Source of the DNA: Raja brachyura
Taxonomy: Eukaryota
DNA: 64,000 nucleotides
Direction of reading: 5' to 3'
Assembly (NCBI GenBank): GCA_963514005.1
Contig: OY740787.1
Span: forward strand, 73,718,001 to 73,782,000
This document shows, piece after piece, positions 39,477-52,375 of this stretch (position 1 is the first letter of the stretch; each line of letters opens with the position of its first letter). A model generated the notes under the pieces. That model was not told the origin of the DNA and searched no databases. It worked only from the letters and a program-made list of their open reading frames with translations. The translations under genes were made by a program, and so were the position numbers.

Positions 39477-40547
39477 CTTCTACCCCAGTCTGGTTGTTTT
39501 CATGGTCCCCTCAAAATCCAAGCTTATTACCTGTATTTGAATCCTACAGATGCCATGGTGAGAATTGAATTTAGATCTCCCAGATTGCTTGTCAACTAGT
39601 CTGGTAATTTAAGCACTGCATCATCACCATACTAAAGTAAATGGATAGATAATGGCAACTATATATCCTCATTGCAAAAAGAAACACCTATCACTAAATT
39701 AAAAGAATACATGGAGGTGAGGTGAAGCAATGACTGTCCCTACCAATGTCAAAATCCAAGTAGCTGGTCCCTCCTGTCTTTATTTACCCTAAATTAATGT
39801 GGATTCGATGTAGTCAAATATTAATACTTTCTTCGTGCATACTTTCCTTAGTATACTTTACATTGAAATGCAAAACATTTTACTCTATAAAATAGAAGTA
39901 TTCATACCCCGTCTTTAACCTCTCAAATTTAGGATTGGACAAGAAGGGATTTGATTCAAACGAATCAATTGGTTACGAAGCACTTGAGATATGTGCTTTG
40001 TAAATACAAGCTTTTAACTTTTGTTTTGATGAGGTTCATATCAACACATTTCCAAAGTCTAAAGAATTCTAATGATGACTTATTTTCAGGATTATTGTCC
40101 ATTCCTTCTAGGAAATAAATGTAAAACTAGCTTATGTCCCCCTTTTAAAATTTCTAAACCTGTCACCGCAAACATTGCAATACTGCGTACTCCAGCTTTT
40201 CTGATAACACATCTAATGAGATACTGGTTATGGTTATAACTCAATGCATAACTAGTTCATTTCTCTCATTAGTCTTCTTGTAACGACTTCAGACAAAACT
40301 ATTGATTTCCAGTTTTCATAGATAAACAAAGATCATGAAACACAATAAATAATTTGTTCCATCAATTTTATTCAGTGGCATTGGTCTAAGGATTTCTTTT
40401 GGGTCTGGTTTTCATTTGTTTTTGGGACGGTGCCAATTTTATAGAAACTGTTCATTAGCTTTGTTCTGGATTTTGTTATGTATACATTAGAAACATCTCT
40501 TTTTTTCCTCTATGCTAACCAAAAACAAAGCAATTGGGTCACTCGCT

Positions 40548-41346
40548 GTATAAAGTCGTTTTAATGGACCCCTTTATATCAGATTTTGGTTAAGACAGAC
40601 GGACCTGCTGATGAGATCCCCCGACTCGCACCGTCTTCCTGGCCGCTTACAGCCTCTGCCCCCGGCTCGCAACGTGAGAACCCTTCTTAACCCTCCGCAT
40701 TGTCCAGTTGACACGGCTCTTACTGCGGCTCACGTTGTAGCACCAGGGGTCACTGTGCGGCTGCCTCCCTTCTCACCGTATGCTGCATCTACCGGTCAGC
40801 CTGTCACTTGCCCACTTCCCGCTCCATCGCCACCTCTTTCTCCCGTAACCCTGTCTACTCGGCCTCCTCCCCCCCCCCCCCCAAAGTCACCCACATACTC
40901 CACCTTGGAAGCGACAGCAGATAAGAGGGAAGGGAGTCCAGAGGTGACCGAGTGCATCTTGTCAGTGGCAGCAGCTTGAAGAAAGTGGTGCCTGCCATGG
41001 CCTACAACTTGAGCCGCACCAATAGCCCTCTTACCTGATTCTGCTCACTGGCACAGATCAGTGGCATTGGCGCCTAGTTTAAGGTGAAACAACATAAAGT
41101 GCTGGAGTAATTCAGCAGACTGAATCAATCTGAAGAAAGGTCCTGACGTCAGCTATTCATGTTCTCCACTAATGCTGCCCGACCCACTGAATTACTCCAG
41201 CACTTTGTGTCCTCTTGTGTATTAACTAACATCTGCAGTTCTTTGTTTCAACTGCATACAATCACCAATAACAGATACCACCCCCCACTCTCTTCCCCCT
41301 TCCCTCCTCTCCCCCCCCTGGTTTGTTATAATGTGAGTTTACTATA
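40548..41346. mobile_element. Possible decayed pogo/Tigger-like non-autonomous element
   Basis: GC-rich interior bounded by weak inverted ends (gtcgttttaatggacc / ggtttgttataatgtgagtttacta); a similar end lies at about 24825-24865. Confidence 0.35.
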
Positions 41347-42314
41347 GGCCATTCAACCAGCTCGAAAATCGGACCTCTGTCTCCCCATCTATGCACTAGC
41401 AGCGTCGGCCTGCTCAACACACTTGGTTCCTTGCGCTCACTGTAATCGTACCAAGTATGATCAACTAATTGTTACAAAATACCGTAACAGTTCATGTGTT
41501 GAAAGCATAACAGTGTACTATTCCAACACATTTCATGTTTACATCACTATCTGTGCCTATTTTAAACCTTTCTATCCTGCAGCTACCTGTTATTGTATCA
41601 AAATTACACAGGATAAAAATAAATCCACAGTTGTTTCTCATTAAGATCATAATCTCATGAAACTATTCTGACAAAATAAGCTTTTAACGTCCTGGCGCGG
41701 AGGTTACCAAATGGCAGAATATGACTAGCTAGACTATTCAATTAAATATTCGAAAGGCTGGAATGATATTCTCATAGCTCAATGCTGATTCATTGAGGAA
41801 GACCAAATGTTTCTCGTAATCTGATGTTGACAGTACATCTTACTTGGTATGAACTGTCTGTTGTGTTACTTAAACATGCAACAATGTTTAAATATGGTCC
41901 TACAATTCATTTGTTTGTGTAAGTAAAAATTAGTTAAGATATTATGAGGATCTCATTGCCACATGGACGGAGAAAGTCACCTTGACCAGTTATCATGGAC
42001 TTGTTGACTGAGGTAAAGTTCGGAAAACAGACATTAGCCTGTCCTTTACATAAAGAATGATAGATTGAAGTGAGAAATGATAAGTAAATCAGAATTAACT
42101 TTTTAGCATAGCTAAAAGCTCAAACAGCTTTAGAAACATCTCAAATTCCATGTAGAAACAGTAACCCATACCAAATGATCCAGATCCAGCCATTGGGATA
42201 TTGAACCATTTAAACTAAGTGTCATATTAAGTGTCTGAGGCACTGTCCAGAATTAGATACGGTCACATTCTTGGTATAAGATGATATTAACATTTAGATA
42301 AACAATCCTCCAAA

Positions 42315-42411
42315 AGGTGGACACAAAACGCTGGAGTAACTCAGCAGGACAGGCAGCATCTCTGGTGAGATAGAATGGGTGACATTTCGGCTCACGACCC
42401 TTCTTCAGACC
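42315..42411 (-). repeat. Single-arm Penelope-derived element with an intact minimal hammerhead core
   Basis: Minus strand 42411-42378 reads GGU-CUGAAGA-A-GGGUC-GU-GAGCC-GAAA-UG-UC-ACC. Confidence 0.75.
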
Positions 42412-42529
42412 TCCAGAATTTGCCAAAAAGGCCATTTCCAACAGCGTGAGCTCATCCACCCATTTCCAAACGGTAAACATTATGCAAAAACCACTACAAC
42501 TTGTGACAACTGGATAAAAAATGTTTTTG

Positions 42530-42828
42530 ATTGATTGAAAAATACAGCATGTGTACAGGCCCCTCGGCCCACCGAGTCCATGTCAACTATCAATCACCTG
42601 TGGACACTTGTTCTATGTTATCCCACTTTCGCAACAAGCACCAATTTATAGAGGCCAATTCACCTAGAGTCTTTGGGATGTAGGTGGAGATTGAAGCACC
42701 TGGAGGAAACCCATACAGTCACAGGGAGAACGTGCAAACTCCACACAGGCAGCACCCGAGGTCAGGATCGCACCTGGGTCTCTGGCACTGTGGAACAGCA
42801 GCTCTACCAGCTGTGCCACTGTGCTGCC
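42530..42828 (-). mobile_element. HE1-like V-SINE (tRNA-derived head, V domain, CR1-derived tail)
   Basis: A box tggcacagctgg, B box ggtgcgatcc, V-domain gtgtggagtttgcacgttctccctgtg, CR1-like 3' end. Confidence 0.88.
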
Positions 42829-44035
42829 ACTGGAAAGAAAGTGCAACATTACAATATATTAATCAAACATCCATATCGTTGCTTTGAGAAAGTGAGCACT
42901 AAGTCAATGGATGTCTGATGGTCGCTGCAGACTTGGTGGGCCGAAGGGCCTGGCTTCATGCTGCATCTCCCTACGACTACAACTGAAACAACATAAAAGG
43001 CACCGTACAAAAGGTGTAGACATAATTCGATCTCCATTTTGATGATATACATTGCTTGCATTTATGAATATTTTACACAAGTATCACAACATGGGATTTT
43101 ATACATAAAGATCAGAGCACTGCAATGTTATTTGAGATGAGTTCCAACTTTCAAAACAGCACGTGCATACTGTCAGTTCTTACTATGATGCAGCCATAGG
43201 AATTTAAGATAAACCTTGTGTTTTTATCATCTATTAAAAATCAATATTCTATTTTAACTCAAACATCTGTATTGATATTGAATGTTTAATTAAATTACAA
43301 TTAAACTGAACAGAAAAGATTTTTTGATTTACAAGTTCTTCCTAAATGCAATGTTTTCCCAGGATGTGACGCTTTCAGAAATCAATGAATACCTGTAGTA
43401 AAATAACCTTACTTCTTACCTTGGAGTAAATGGCAAAACAGTTGAAATAGCTGGGCTTAAGGAAACACTTGAACAAACATTCTCAGCAATGTCTTGATAC
43501 CAAGTTAATTGGTCTAATGCTAGAACCAACTCATAATCCATTCAGGACTCCAATTAAAGAAGAATTCTCTAGCCCAGCCCCTAAACTCCACTGACTTCAA
43601 TTTTAGTAAGGCGCTTGGGGCTACATACATCAAGCGCCGTTATGTCAGGTAGTTGGTATCAATTTACCTCTGGATTTAATTTATCGCCAAATTTAAACCT
43701 GAAAATCAATTTAACTTTGTTGATCACATTCAATATGGGCGATTCTCTCCAAGCTTCCAGGAATATCAATATCACTTGATATTTAGCAAGAAATTTGTCA
43801 TTTATTAAGTTTCCAGAATTTATCATTTAAAGTTAGTACTAATGTCAGATTAAAATTCATACAAAATTCATATTAAGCACCTGTACTAATCTTACAAACA
43901 CAATGTTAAGTTTCCATAGCACTAACGTTCAAGCTTCTTGGCTGCAAATATTTTTAAATGGTTTATCTTAACATCTTTAGTTTGAACATGAAAAATCAGG
44001 ATGCTGACTGTGTTGCAATGAAACACCAAACTCAC

Positions 44036-44133
44036 CTTGAGTTCGGCCACTTGTGAGGAAATGTGCCACATTAGGCTTTCACTAAGAAACTTCATTCCAT
44101 ATGGACCAAGGAGTTCTGAAAGAGCTCTCATTT
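44036..44133 (-). CDS. NCKAP1: NCKAP1 exon: [32 protein letters not shown]
   Basis: 98 nt, ttcccacag acceptor and gtgag donor, phase 1/0. Confidence 0.97.
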
Positions 44134-44711
44134 CTGTGGGAAAATACACAAACTCTGTTAGGTCAAATACCATTAGAGTAGTACAGGTATGACGTGAAAA
44201 TAATAACCATTTGTCAAAACCTGTTTGAAATAATGAAGCTTGTATGTACGGGGGAACAGTGTGTCTAAAATCCAGTAAATATTTATACATCTGGAAAATG
44301 GAAGTAAAATAAATGACTAAAACAGATTTTAATGAAGAACAGGAATTAGTACAGAAAATCAATGATTTGCTTTCACCTAGTATCACACAGGATATCAATG
44401 ATGGTGAAAGAAGGGAGCACTAAGAAAACGACAGAAGAGTTTATGTTTGCGATGAGGGTATAAAAAGGACAGAAAATAAAGGCTTAGACATTGAAGTACC
44501 AGAACTGACGTGGAACAGCAAGGGCAATTGAGGATGTTGCACACAGTTTACAAGTATTAGGGGTAAGAAATGGAATTCCAAGGCACAAAATCGTTTCAAC
44601 AAAAGGCACAGGAGAGAAATTAGCTAAAGCTTAAGGATTCAAGGTTAAAACAGGAATATGACTTGGCAGACAAGTAGCAACAAAATAAATGGTAGACGGG
44701 ATAATTTAGAG

Positions 44712-44912
44712 CAGGGGTTCCCAACCTTTTTCATCACATTTACCCCTAGAACATAACAATGTTATTTCACATTTATGAACAACTAATGATGAACAGATAG
44801 TGGTTTAGAACAGAACCAAACACTGTCAGTCAATGAGAAAAAATGTACAAATCCAGAATCAACAAATTTACCCCCTGGGTAGGTGAAATTTACCCCAGGT
44901 TGGTAACCCTTG
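44712..44912. mobile_element. hAT (Charlie-like) MITE
   Basis: TIRs caggggttcccaacct / aggttggtaacccttg; 8-bp TSD atttagag / atctagag (NTCTAGAN-type site). Confidence 0.88.
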
Positions 44913-46574
44913 ATCTAGAGTTTAATAGCATCTCACGCAGCTTGAGATATTTGGACAGATACAGGGTTAGGAAAGGTTTAGAGAGAGATGGGCCAAATGC
45001 GGGCAATGAGACTAACTTAGATGGGGCACATTGACTGGCAGACGAGTTGGACCGAAGTGCCCATTTCTGTGCTGTATGACTCTAACTGTCTGAGAAAGGG
45101 CCAAGAGATATTTGGTTGGAGCATAAGCAGCTGGGGGCAAACTTTCTCCGTAGAATTAAAAAGGAATAGACAATGAGTACATTGACGGAGCAAAAAGCAA
45201 GTTTAGACAAAACAAACTACTTCATAGTCCAATGCAGAAGTGAATGACGTTCTCTTAAAACATTTGCAAACAAGTAATATTTAAACCTTAGCCATTTTTG
45301 AAAACAAGCTTATCACACAGAATCTAAATTCAATTGAGGGAGGCCTCAATTCGACTTAATTTAAAATATACAATTTGTCTGGCAAACCAAGTTCAGATGT
45401 AGGTTTAAGGAACTGAACTTTAAAAATTTTAGTTTTGCAGATTAGCCAAAAAGTGTTTTTATGGGGTTTTTTTGCTTATAAAATAATCCTTGCATACTGA
45501 AGAGTTATTACCACTTAAATTTATGACTCAGTTGAGACGCAAGTATGCATGTAAAGGTTTTGCTCCTGTGGATGAGCATTAGACACTAGCCAGTCTTTTT
45601 GACTGCCAGTCAGAGATGGTGTGAAAGAAAGTTTGGTCACCATGCTATTTCATGAATGTTATTTATCATAGTATAAACATAGTCTTGATTATGTCTTTAG
45701 CAACTACGTGCAGTTACATTCATCACAGGTAATTTAAAAGCAGCGGGGTAATAGACACTAAAGAAAAAAAAGCCACCAATGTTGCCAGAAAACACTCAGG
45801 ATTTTTTTGGAACAAAGTGTTTACGAACAAATCTTTTCCAGGCAGTTGAACAGTTTACTTATGAAAAGGATGTCTCATCCAAAATACATTATTTTTGTAT
45901 TATAATTTAAAATGACAGCATATTTGAGGTCATGAAATACAAGGTTTTAAGAACAAAAATCAGCCTTGGAGCTTAAAATATGTACTTGGGAACATCGTAA
46001 GGATTAGAGCACAGAAGGGGGCCGATCAGCCCGTCAATTCTCTAACAGCCATCAAGAGAATGCCCAATCTCTCATCCTCTCCCATAATCTGCAAACACTT
46101 TCCTTTCAGATACTTATCTCGTTTGCTTCTGAACACTACAATTGAATCTGCCTCCACTTTACTCAGGCAGTGCTCTACAAACCCGAAACCACTCACTTCA
46201 AACATAATTTTCCACGTCACCTACGGTTCTTTAGTTAATCACCTTCCTTCTATTTCCCGTGTCCCAGACATTTCCAATAAAGAGAGCGGCTTTTAAAAAA
46301 ATCTCCCTTGCCTTTAATCATCATGAATAGCTCTATTTATGTGTTCACCAGATCCTCTCCACCCTGGAGTCATTTTAGTCATTCTTGAGCACTCTCTCAA
46401 AAACCTTTGCACTTTCCTTAAGACCAAGTCTGTAACATATATTAAGAAAATTAGTGGTCACAGTACTAATTCCTGCGAGCTCCATTGCATGTTTCCCTCT
46501 AGTCTGAAAAACAGTACACTCCTACTCTATTCCCTCTTACTCAGCCAATTTTATCCACATTGCTACAGCCTCTT

Positions 46575-46759
46575 ATGAGGTTAGGACAGTGAATGTTGTA
46601 TACATGGATTTTTGAAATGCATTTGACAAAGTCCCCCATAGTAAGATGATCCAGAAGATTAAAAAGCATGGGATTCGTGGTGACTTGATCTTCAGAACTG
46701 AATTGATCATAGAACATAGATGGTTGTGGTGCAAGGGCAATATTCCGGCCTGAGGTTCA
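46575..46759 (+). mobile_element. Older CR1 RT fragment
   Basis: Reads VNVVYMDF*NAFDKVPH. Confidence 0.7.
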
Positions 46760-48680
46760 GAAACATAGAAAAATAGGTGCAGGAGTAGGCCATTCGGCCC
46801 TTCGAGCCTGCACCGTCATTCAATGTGATCATGGCTGATCATCCAACTCAGTATCCCGTACCTGCCTTCTCTCCATACCCCCTGATCCCTTTAGCCACAA
46901 GTGCCACTCTAACGCCCTCTTAAATATAGCCAATGAACTGGCCTCAACTACCTTCTGTGGCAGAGAATTCCAGAGACTCACCACTCTCTGTGTAAAGAAT
47001 GCTTTCCTCATCTCGGTCCTAAAGGAATTCCCCCTCATCCTTAGACTGTGACCCCTTGTTCTGGACTCCCCCAACATCGGGAACAATCTTCCAGCATCTA
47101 GCTTGTCCAACCCATTAAGAATTTTGTAAGTTTCTATAAGATCCCCCCTCAATCTTCTAAATTCCAGCGAGTACAAGCCAAGTCTATCCAGTCTTTCCTC
47201 ATATGAAAGTCCTGAAATCCCAGGAATCAGTCTGGTGAATCTTCTCTGTACCCCCTCTATGGCAAGAATGTCTTTCCTCAGATTTGGAGACCAAAACTGT
47301 ACGCAATACTCCAGGTGTGGCCTCACCAAAACCCTGTACAACTGCAGTAGAACCTCCCTGCTCCTATATTCAAATCCTTTCGCTATAGAACATAGAACAT
47401 AGAAATTAGGTGCAGGAGTAGGCCATTCGGCCCTTCGAGCCTGCACCGCCATTCAATATGATCATGGCTGATCATCCAACTCAGTATCCCGTACCTGCCT
47501 TCTCTCCATACACTCTGATCCCCTTAGTCACAAGGACCACATCTAACTCCCTCTTAAATATAGCCAATGAACTGGCCTCAACTACTCTCTGTGGCAGAGA
47601 GTTCCAGAGACCCACCACTCTCTGTGTGAAAAAATTCCTTCTCATCTCAGTCCTAAAGGATTTCCCCCTTATCCTTAAGCTGTGACCCCTTGTCCTGGAC
47701 CTCCCCAACATCGGGAACAATCTTCCTGCATCTAGCCTGTCCAACCCCTTAAGCTAACATACCATTTGCTTTCTTCACTGCCTGCTGCACCTGCATGCCT
47801 ACTTTCAATGACTGGTATACCATGACACCCAGGTCTCGTTGCATCTCCCCTTTTCCTAATCCGCCACCATTCAGATAATAGTCTACCCTCATGTTTTTGC
47901 CACCAAAGTGGATAACCTCACATTTATCCACATTATACTGCATCTGCCATGCATCTGCCCATTCACTCAGCCTATCCAAATCACCCTGCAGCCTCCAAGC
48001 ATCCTCCTCACACCTAACTATACCCCCCAGCTTGGTGTCATCTGCAAATTTAGAGATGTTGCATTCAATTCCCTCGTCCAAATCATTACTATATATTGTA
48101 AATAGCTGGGGTCCCAGCACTGAGCCTTGCGGTACCCCACTAGTCACTGCCTGCCAGTCTGAAAAGGACCCGTTTACTCCTACCCTTTGCTTCCTGTCTG
48201 CTAGTCAGTTCTCTATCCACATCAATACTGAACCCCCAATACCGTGTGCTTTAAGTTTGTATGCTAATCTCTTATGCGGGACCTTGTCGAAAGCCTTCTG
48301 AAAGTCTAGATATAACACATCCACTGGTTCTCCCTTATCCACTCTACTAGTTACATCCTCGAAAAATTCTATCAGATTTGTCAGACATGATTTACCTTTT
48401 GTAAATCCATGCTGACTTTGTCCAATGATTTCACCGCTTTCCAAATGTGCTGCTATCCCATCTTTAATAACTGACTCTAGCAGTTTCCCCACTACCGATG
48501 TTAGACTAACTGGTCTGTAATTCCCCGCTTTCTCTCTCCCTCCTTTTTTAAAAAGTGCGATTACATTAGCTACCCTCCAATCCTCAGGAACTACTCCAGA
48601 ATCTAAGGAATTTTGAAAAATTATCACTAATGCATCCACTATTTCTGTGGCTATCTCCTCGAGTACTCTGGGATGCAGAC
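46760..48680 (-). mobile_element. CR1 LINE (46760-47386 plus 47753-48680) with a second CR1 3' fragment (47387-47753) nested inside
   Basis: RT motifs GVPQGSVLGP and KFADD; two 3' UTR/tails, at 46760 and 47387; host frame KANGMLA...IAKGFEY is split by the insert. Confidence 0.93.
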
Positions 48681-49169
48681 TACTCAAGGAGGTAGCCACA
48701 GAAATAGGATTTGGCTTTATATCAAAGTTGGTATTATCCAAACCATTGCACTTGTTCAACTGATTAATTTAATGCCCAATTTTTATAATTTAGGTTATAT
48801 CTATTGGTGTTTAATTATTCGGATTACCCCTACGTGCGTTTTTGAATGAGGGCGTAACATTTATTATTTTACAATCCTCAGGCAATGCTTCTGAATCTAT
48901 AGACGTTTGGAAGATTATGGCCAAGGCTTCTCCATTTCTCCTTCCACCACACTTCACTCAGAAAACTAGGATGCATCACATCCGAATAGGAAATGTATCT
49001 AAGTACATCCTGCCTTTCTATTCTCAATTAATTTTAGATATCCAGGATCCAAATTTCATGTTCCATTGGTGTAAATCTAACAAATTCTTCCTTGGTTTGA
49101 TACTGCTGTGAAATAGTTCTTTCATACTTCAGCTAGGGAAAGACTTGAACTTTATTTCGCCTTCCATCA

Positions 49170-49322
49170 CAGTGAGGAATGTGTAGGTGTCACTGTGGTG
49201 GATGTTCATGTTAAAATGTGTTTTTGAGTGATCTGTTGCTTTTAATTGTATGACTGACCTGGCCAATTAAATTCCTCGTATGTTGCAAAACATACTTGAC
49301 GAATAAAGTGTGATTCTGATTC
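49170..49322 (+). mobile_element. LINE/SINE 3' tail fragment
   Basis: Stem-loop gtatgttgcaaaacatac, then aataaa and a (gattct)2 tail. Confidence 0.5.
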
Positions 49323-51769
49323 TTCTATGCCCAATGACTTCATGAATACATATCCTTTATATATCCAATAGGCCTTACTCGTTTCTCATAACCTTTCCTG
49401 TTTACAAGTGTCCAGAATACGTTTGGATTTCCTTCTATATATTCACCACCAGTCTTGATCCAGTTTATGCATTACACTTCTCCACTCTACCTTTGGTAAT
49501 CAGTCCAATTTACATTTGTGTTAATAACCCGACAAGTGTCAGATGGCTATTTTTTAAATGTTGTCCTGTCCCATGCTATCTTGTCGATCATGCAGGCTCT
49601 GGCTTTTATTTCCTTCTCTATCATGGCAATATCTCAGTTACAATCTAGGTACATCTCTACTTAAAAGGCATTCTTTTGTTCAATGATAGCTTTGCTAGCC
49701 ATGCTTCAAGTCCAATTTTCCCAGTCCAGATACAAGTTCTCATCCATTGAAAATGGCCTTTCTCTAAATTACTATTTTTACCTTGGACTGTTCTATATCC
49801 TTTTTTCATAGCTGTGTTAACTCTTACTACATTATGAGTTCCACTTCTTAGATGTTTCCCTCACTAACACATGCTCCATCTGACTTGGGTCCTTTCCTAG
49901 AACCAAGTTCCCCAATGTTACTTTCCCCTTTGGGCCAGGAACATATCAATATAGTTTTTCCAAACACACTTCAGCACTCCTCCCCTCTTTGCTGCCTACG
50001 TTTATTTGGATTCCTAAAAGTTCATTTTTAGCATTATTTTATGGTTTCAATGCATGTCATTTACCAGAAAATGTGTTTTACCAATATCCTTTCCATTAGC
50101 TGGAGACCAATAAAATGGTCCTAATTCCAAATCTAAATTGAAAAATGGAGGGGTGGTGACTAGGTGGATTAAAATGGTTACCATGGCTACTGCATTTTCA
50201 GTATGACATACCACAGTTGGCATGTACAGAACTGAAAGTATTGAATGTTCTAACAATTAAGTGAAAAGCAACCTTTAAATGCATAAATATTTTCAACATC
50301 AAGTTCAATTGTCACAATGGATGCGAGCAATTCCAGGAGATTAATAAAATTATAGACACTAAATCAATGCATGCATTGATTACTTCATGCATTACTGACA
50401 ATATTCTAGCTCTGCAGTGGCCTCAATGATCAGAATGGCAAAGTGCTCTTGTCATCATACATAGCTACTAGAAACACAGTGACCCTTAAACTGAAGTAAC
50501 TAAGACCATATGTGACAGGGAGAGTAATGAAACACAAATATATCTCGGCACCAGGTTAAAATGAGAACTGGGTCATGCAGTATCTTTCAATGCATCATAA
50601 AAAAGATTGGTGGGTAACTGAATACTGAAGTTGAACATAATCTAGGTGAAACTCAATTCATGGAACTAAAACTATTAAAAATATTTTATACTGGAAGGCT
50701 GTGACTGATTGAATTATATTATGTGAAATACTCTTACATTTCATTAAATATCTAGCCTGTAACTACATTTATACTTATTTCTGGAATTAAATCTTTGTGC
50801 GAATGGAGTCAGTCTTAAAGGTTCCCGGAACACAGCATGCCAAGCACTTTTGCAGTGGAGGTCGAGAAGCTATAAAATGTGTCACAATTAATAAAAAAGA
50901 AATTTTTGAAATACGCTAACACATACTTGATCAGAAAAATGAATTTTAATGCCCTTGCTATGTTCAGTAGTGATCAATTCTACAAAAACACATCTGCCTA
51001 ATTAACACTTTTTTTTTGCAGCTATGAAATTTCATTTAACATCTTTTCACAGGAAAGAACTCAATTCTGACTGCTTTTCAAAACTACTTAAGGAAATTCA
51101 CTGTGTATCCACTTTAGATTAATATTGGAAGATTTGCCAAACAAATATTTGTTTCAGGCTTGCCTTAGAATTGTGTCAAATTAAAGCTTGCTGAACAGAT
51201 CACCTAAAATAAGAAGCATAGAGTTTAGAAATACATTTTTCCTTCAACATTTGTAATTTTATTAAAGGTCTAAAGTAAAACTTAAGATATCAGGAGTGCG
51301 AAGAGGTGGTTAGGGCTGGAAGCAGAAAATATACCTTAAATCCTGAAATATTCAGAAAAAGGTTCAAGCTAATGTGCTAGCCTATATCCAAAATGATCAG
51401 TACCCATGGAGGTACTAGACAGAAACGTATCTAGTTTCCTTCCTTCCTTTACTAGTTCAGTACAGGAAGGAAGAAAATTATCAAAAGGTAAACAAGGAGT
51501 TAAATCCCCTCAATTGAAAAACATTAGAATTCACCAAATGAAAATGCATCTGGTCATTTCACACAAGTAGTTTCTTGGCAGCAGTGATAGGTCTCTGATA
51601 CTCTGATTTCTGCTGGAGACAGATGGAACATTGAGGCAAATAAGGTCATGGAATAGAGACAGAACATGGTGGGTTAACAAAACTGTCCTGGACAGGCATA
51701 TGTCTGATGGGCCACATGACCATCACAAAATGAACTATGTTCAGCAGAAAAAAAATCTAATTTCTTTAC

Positions 51770-51900
51770 CAGAGATGTCTGAATATTCTTCTGCATTAAA
51801 TGTCAGTTCACTCTCCGTGGGCAGATTTACAAATGCCTTCATAGCTGGAAAGTATGCAATGTGGCCATTGCTGACTTGTCGCAGTAGGGTTTCCAGATAC
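51770..51900 (-). CDS. NCKAP1: NCKAP1 exon: [43 protein letters not shown](E)
   Basis: 131 nt, tatag acceptor and gtaaag donor, phase 2/1; preceded by a 97-nt intron. Confidence 0.96.
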
Positions 51901-51997
51901 CTATATAAATGTACAGTTAATTAAGGTTGCCCTTGAACAATTATAAATAAGATAATGCATTTTTCATAACTTGAAATTACATAATTTCAATACTTAC

Positions 51998-52216
51998 CAA
52001 TTGGTGTACAAGCTAGTTATGGTAGGTTCACCATGACTATCTAAATGCTGCGTCTGTTGGAGAAGGACATTATTAAAAACTCTGGTAATATCTATTTGCA
52101 CATAATTTTCTATGGATTGAAGTACAGTCATGTAAGCTTTCACGCTTGTCAGAAGTTCGGAAGGCTTGGCAATCTCCTGTGTAGCTTGATTGTACATCGT
52201 CATTCCCACAATTGAC
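51998..52216 (-). CDS. NCKAP1: NCKAP1 exon: [72 protein letters not shown](W)
   Basis: 219 nt, tttcag acceptor and gtaagt donor, phase 2/2; lies inside ORF 51994..52284. Confidence 0.97.
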
Positions 52217-52299
52217 CTGAAATTGAAATCCAAAATGAATGTCATAAAGTTAAACGATGATAGGCGTGACCCAATTTTCTGCAAAATTATGGGTACAAA

Positions 52300-52375
52300 A
52301 TTAAATTAAGTGAATGCTATTAAATGAACAAACGTGGATTAAATTGAGTAAATGCTATTAAATAAACAAATGTGG
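52300..52375. repeat. 38-bp tandem duplication (2 copies)
   Basis: attaaattaagtgaatgctattaaatgaacaaacgtgg / attaaattgagtaaatgctattaaataaacaaatgtgg, 4 mismatches. Confidence 0.9.

Noticed and set aside
42750-42828. tRNA gene (A and B boxes)
   Set aside because: It is the tRNA-derived head of a V-SINE, continuous with the V domain and CR1-like tail.
43922-44398. 158-aa ORF as a standalone gene
   Set aside because: Only 44036-44133 is NCKAP1 exon; the rest is chance open frame in the flanking introns.
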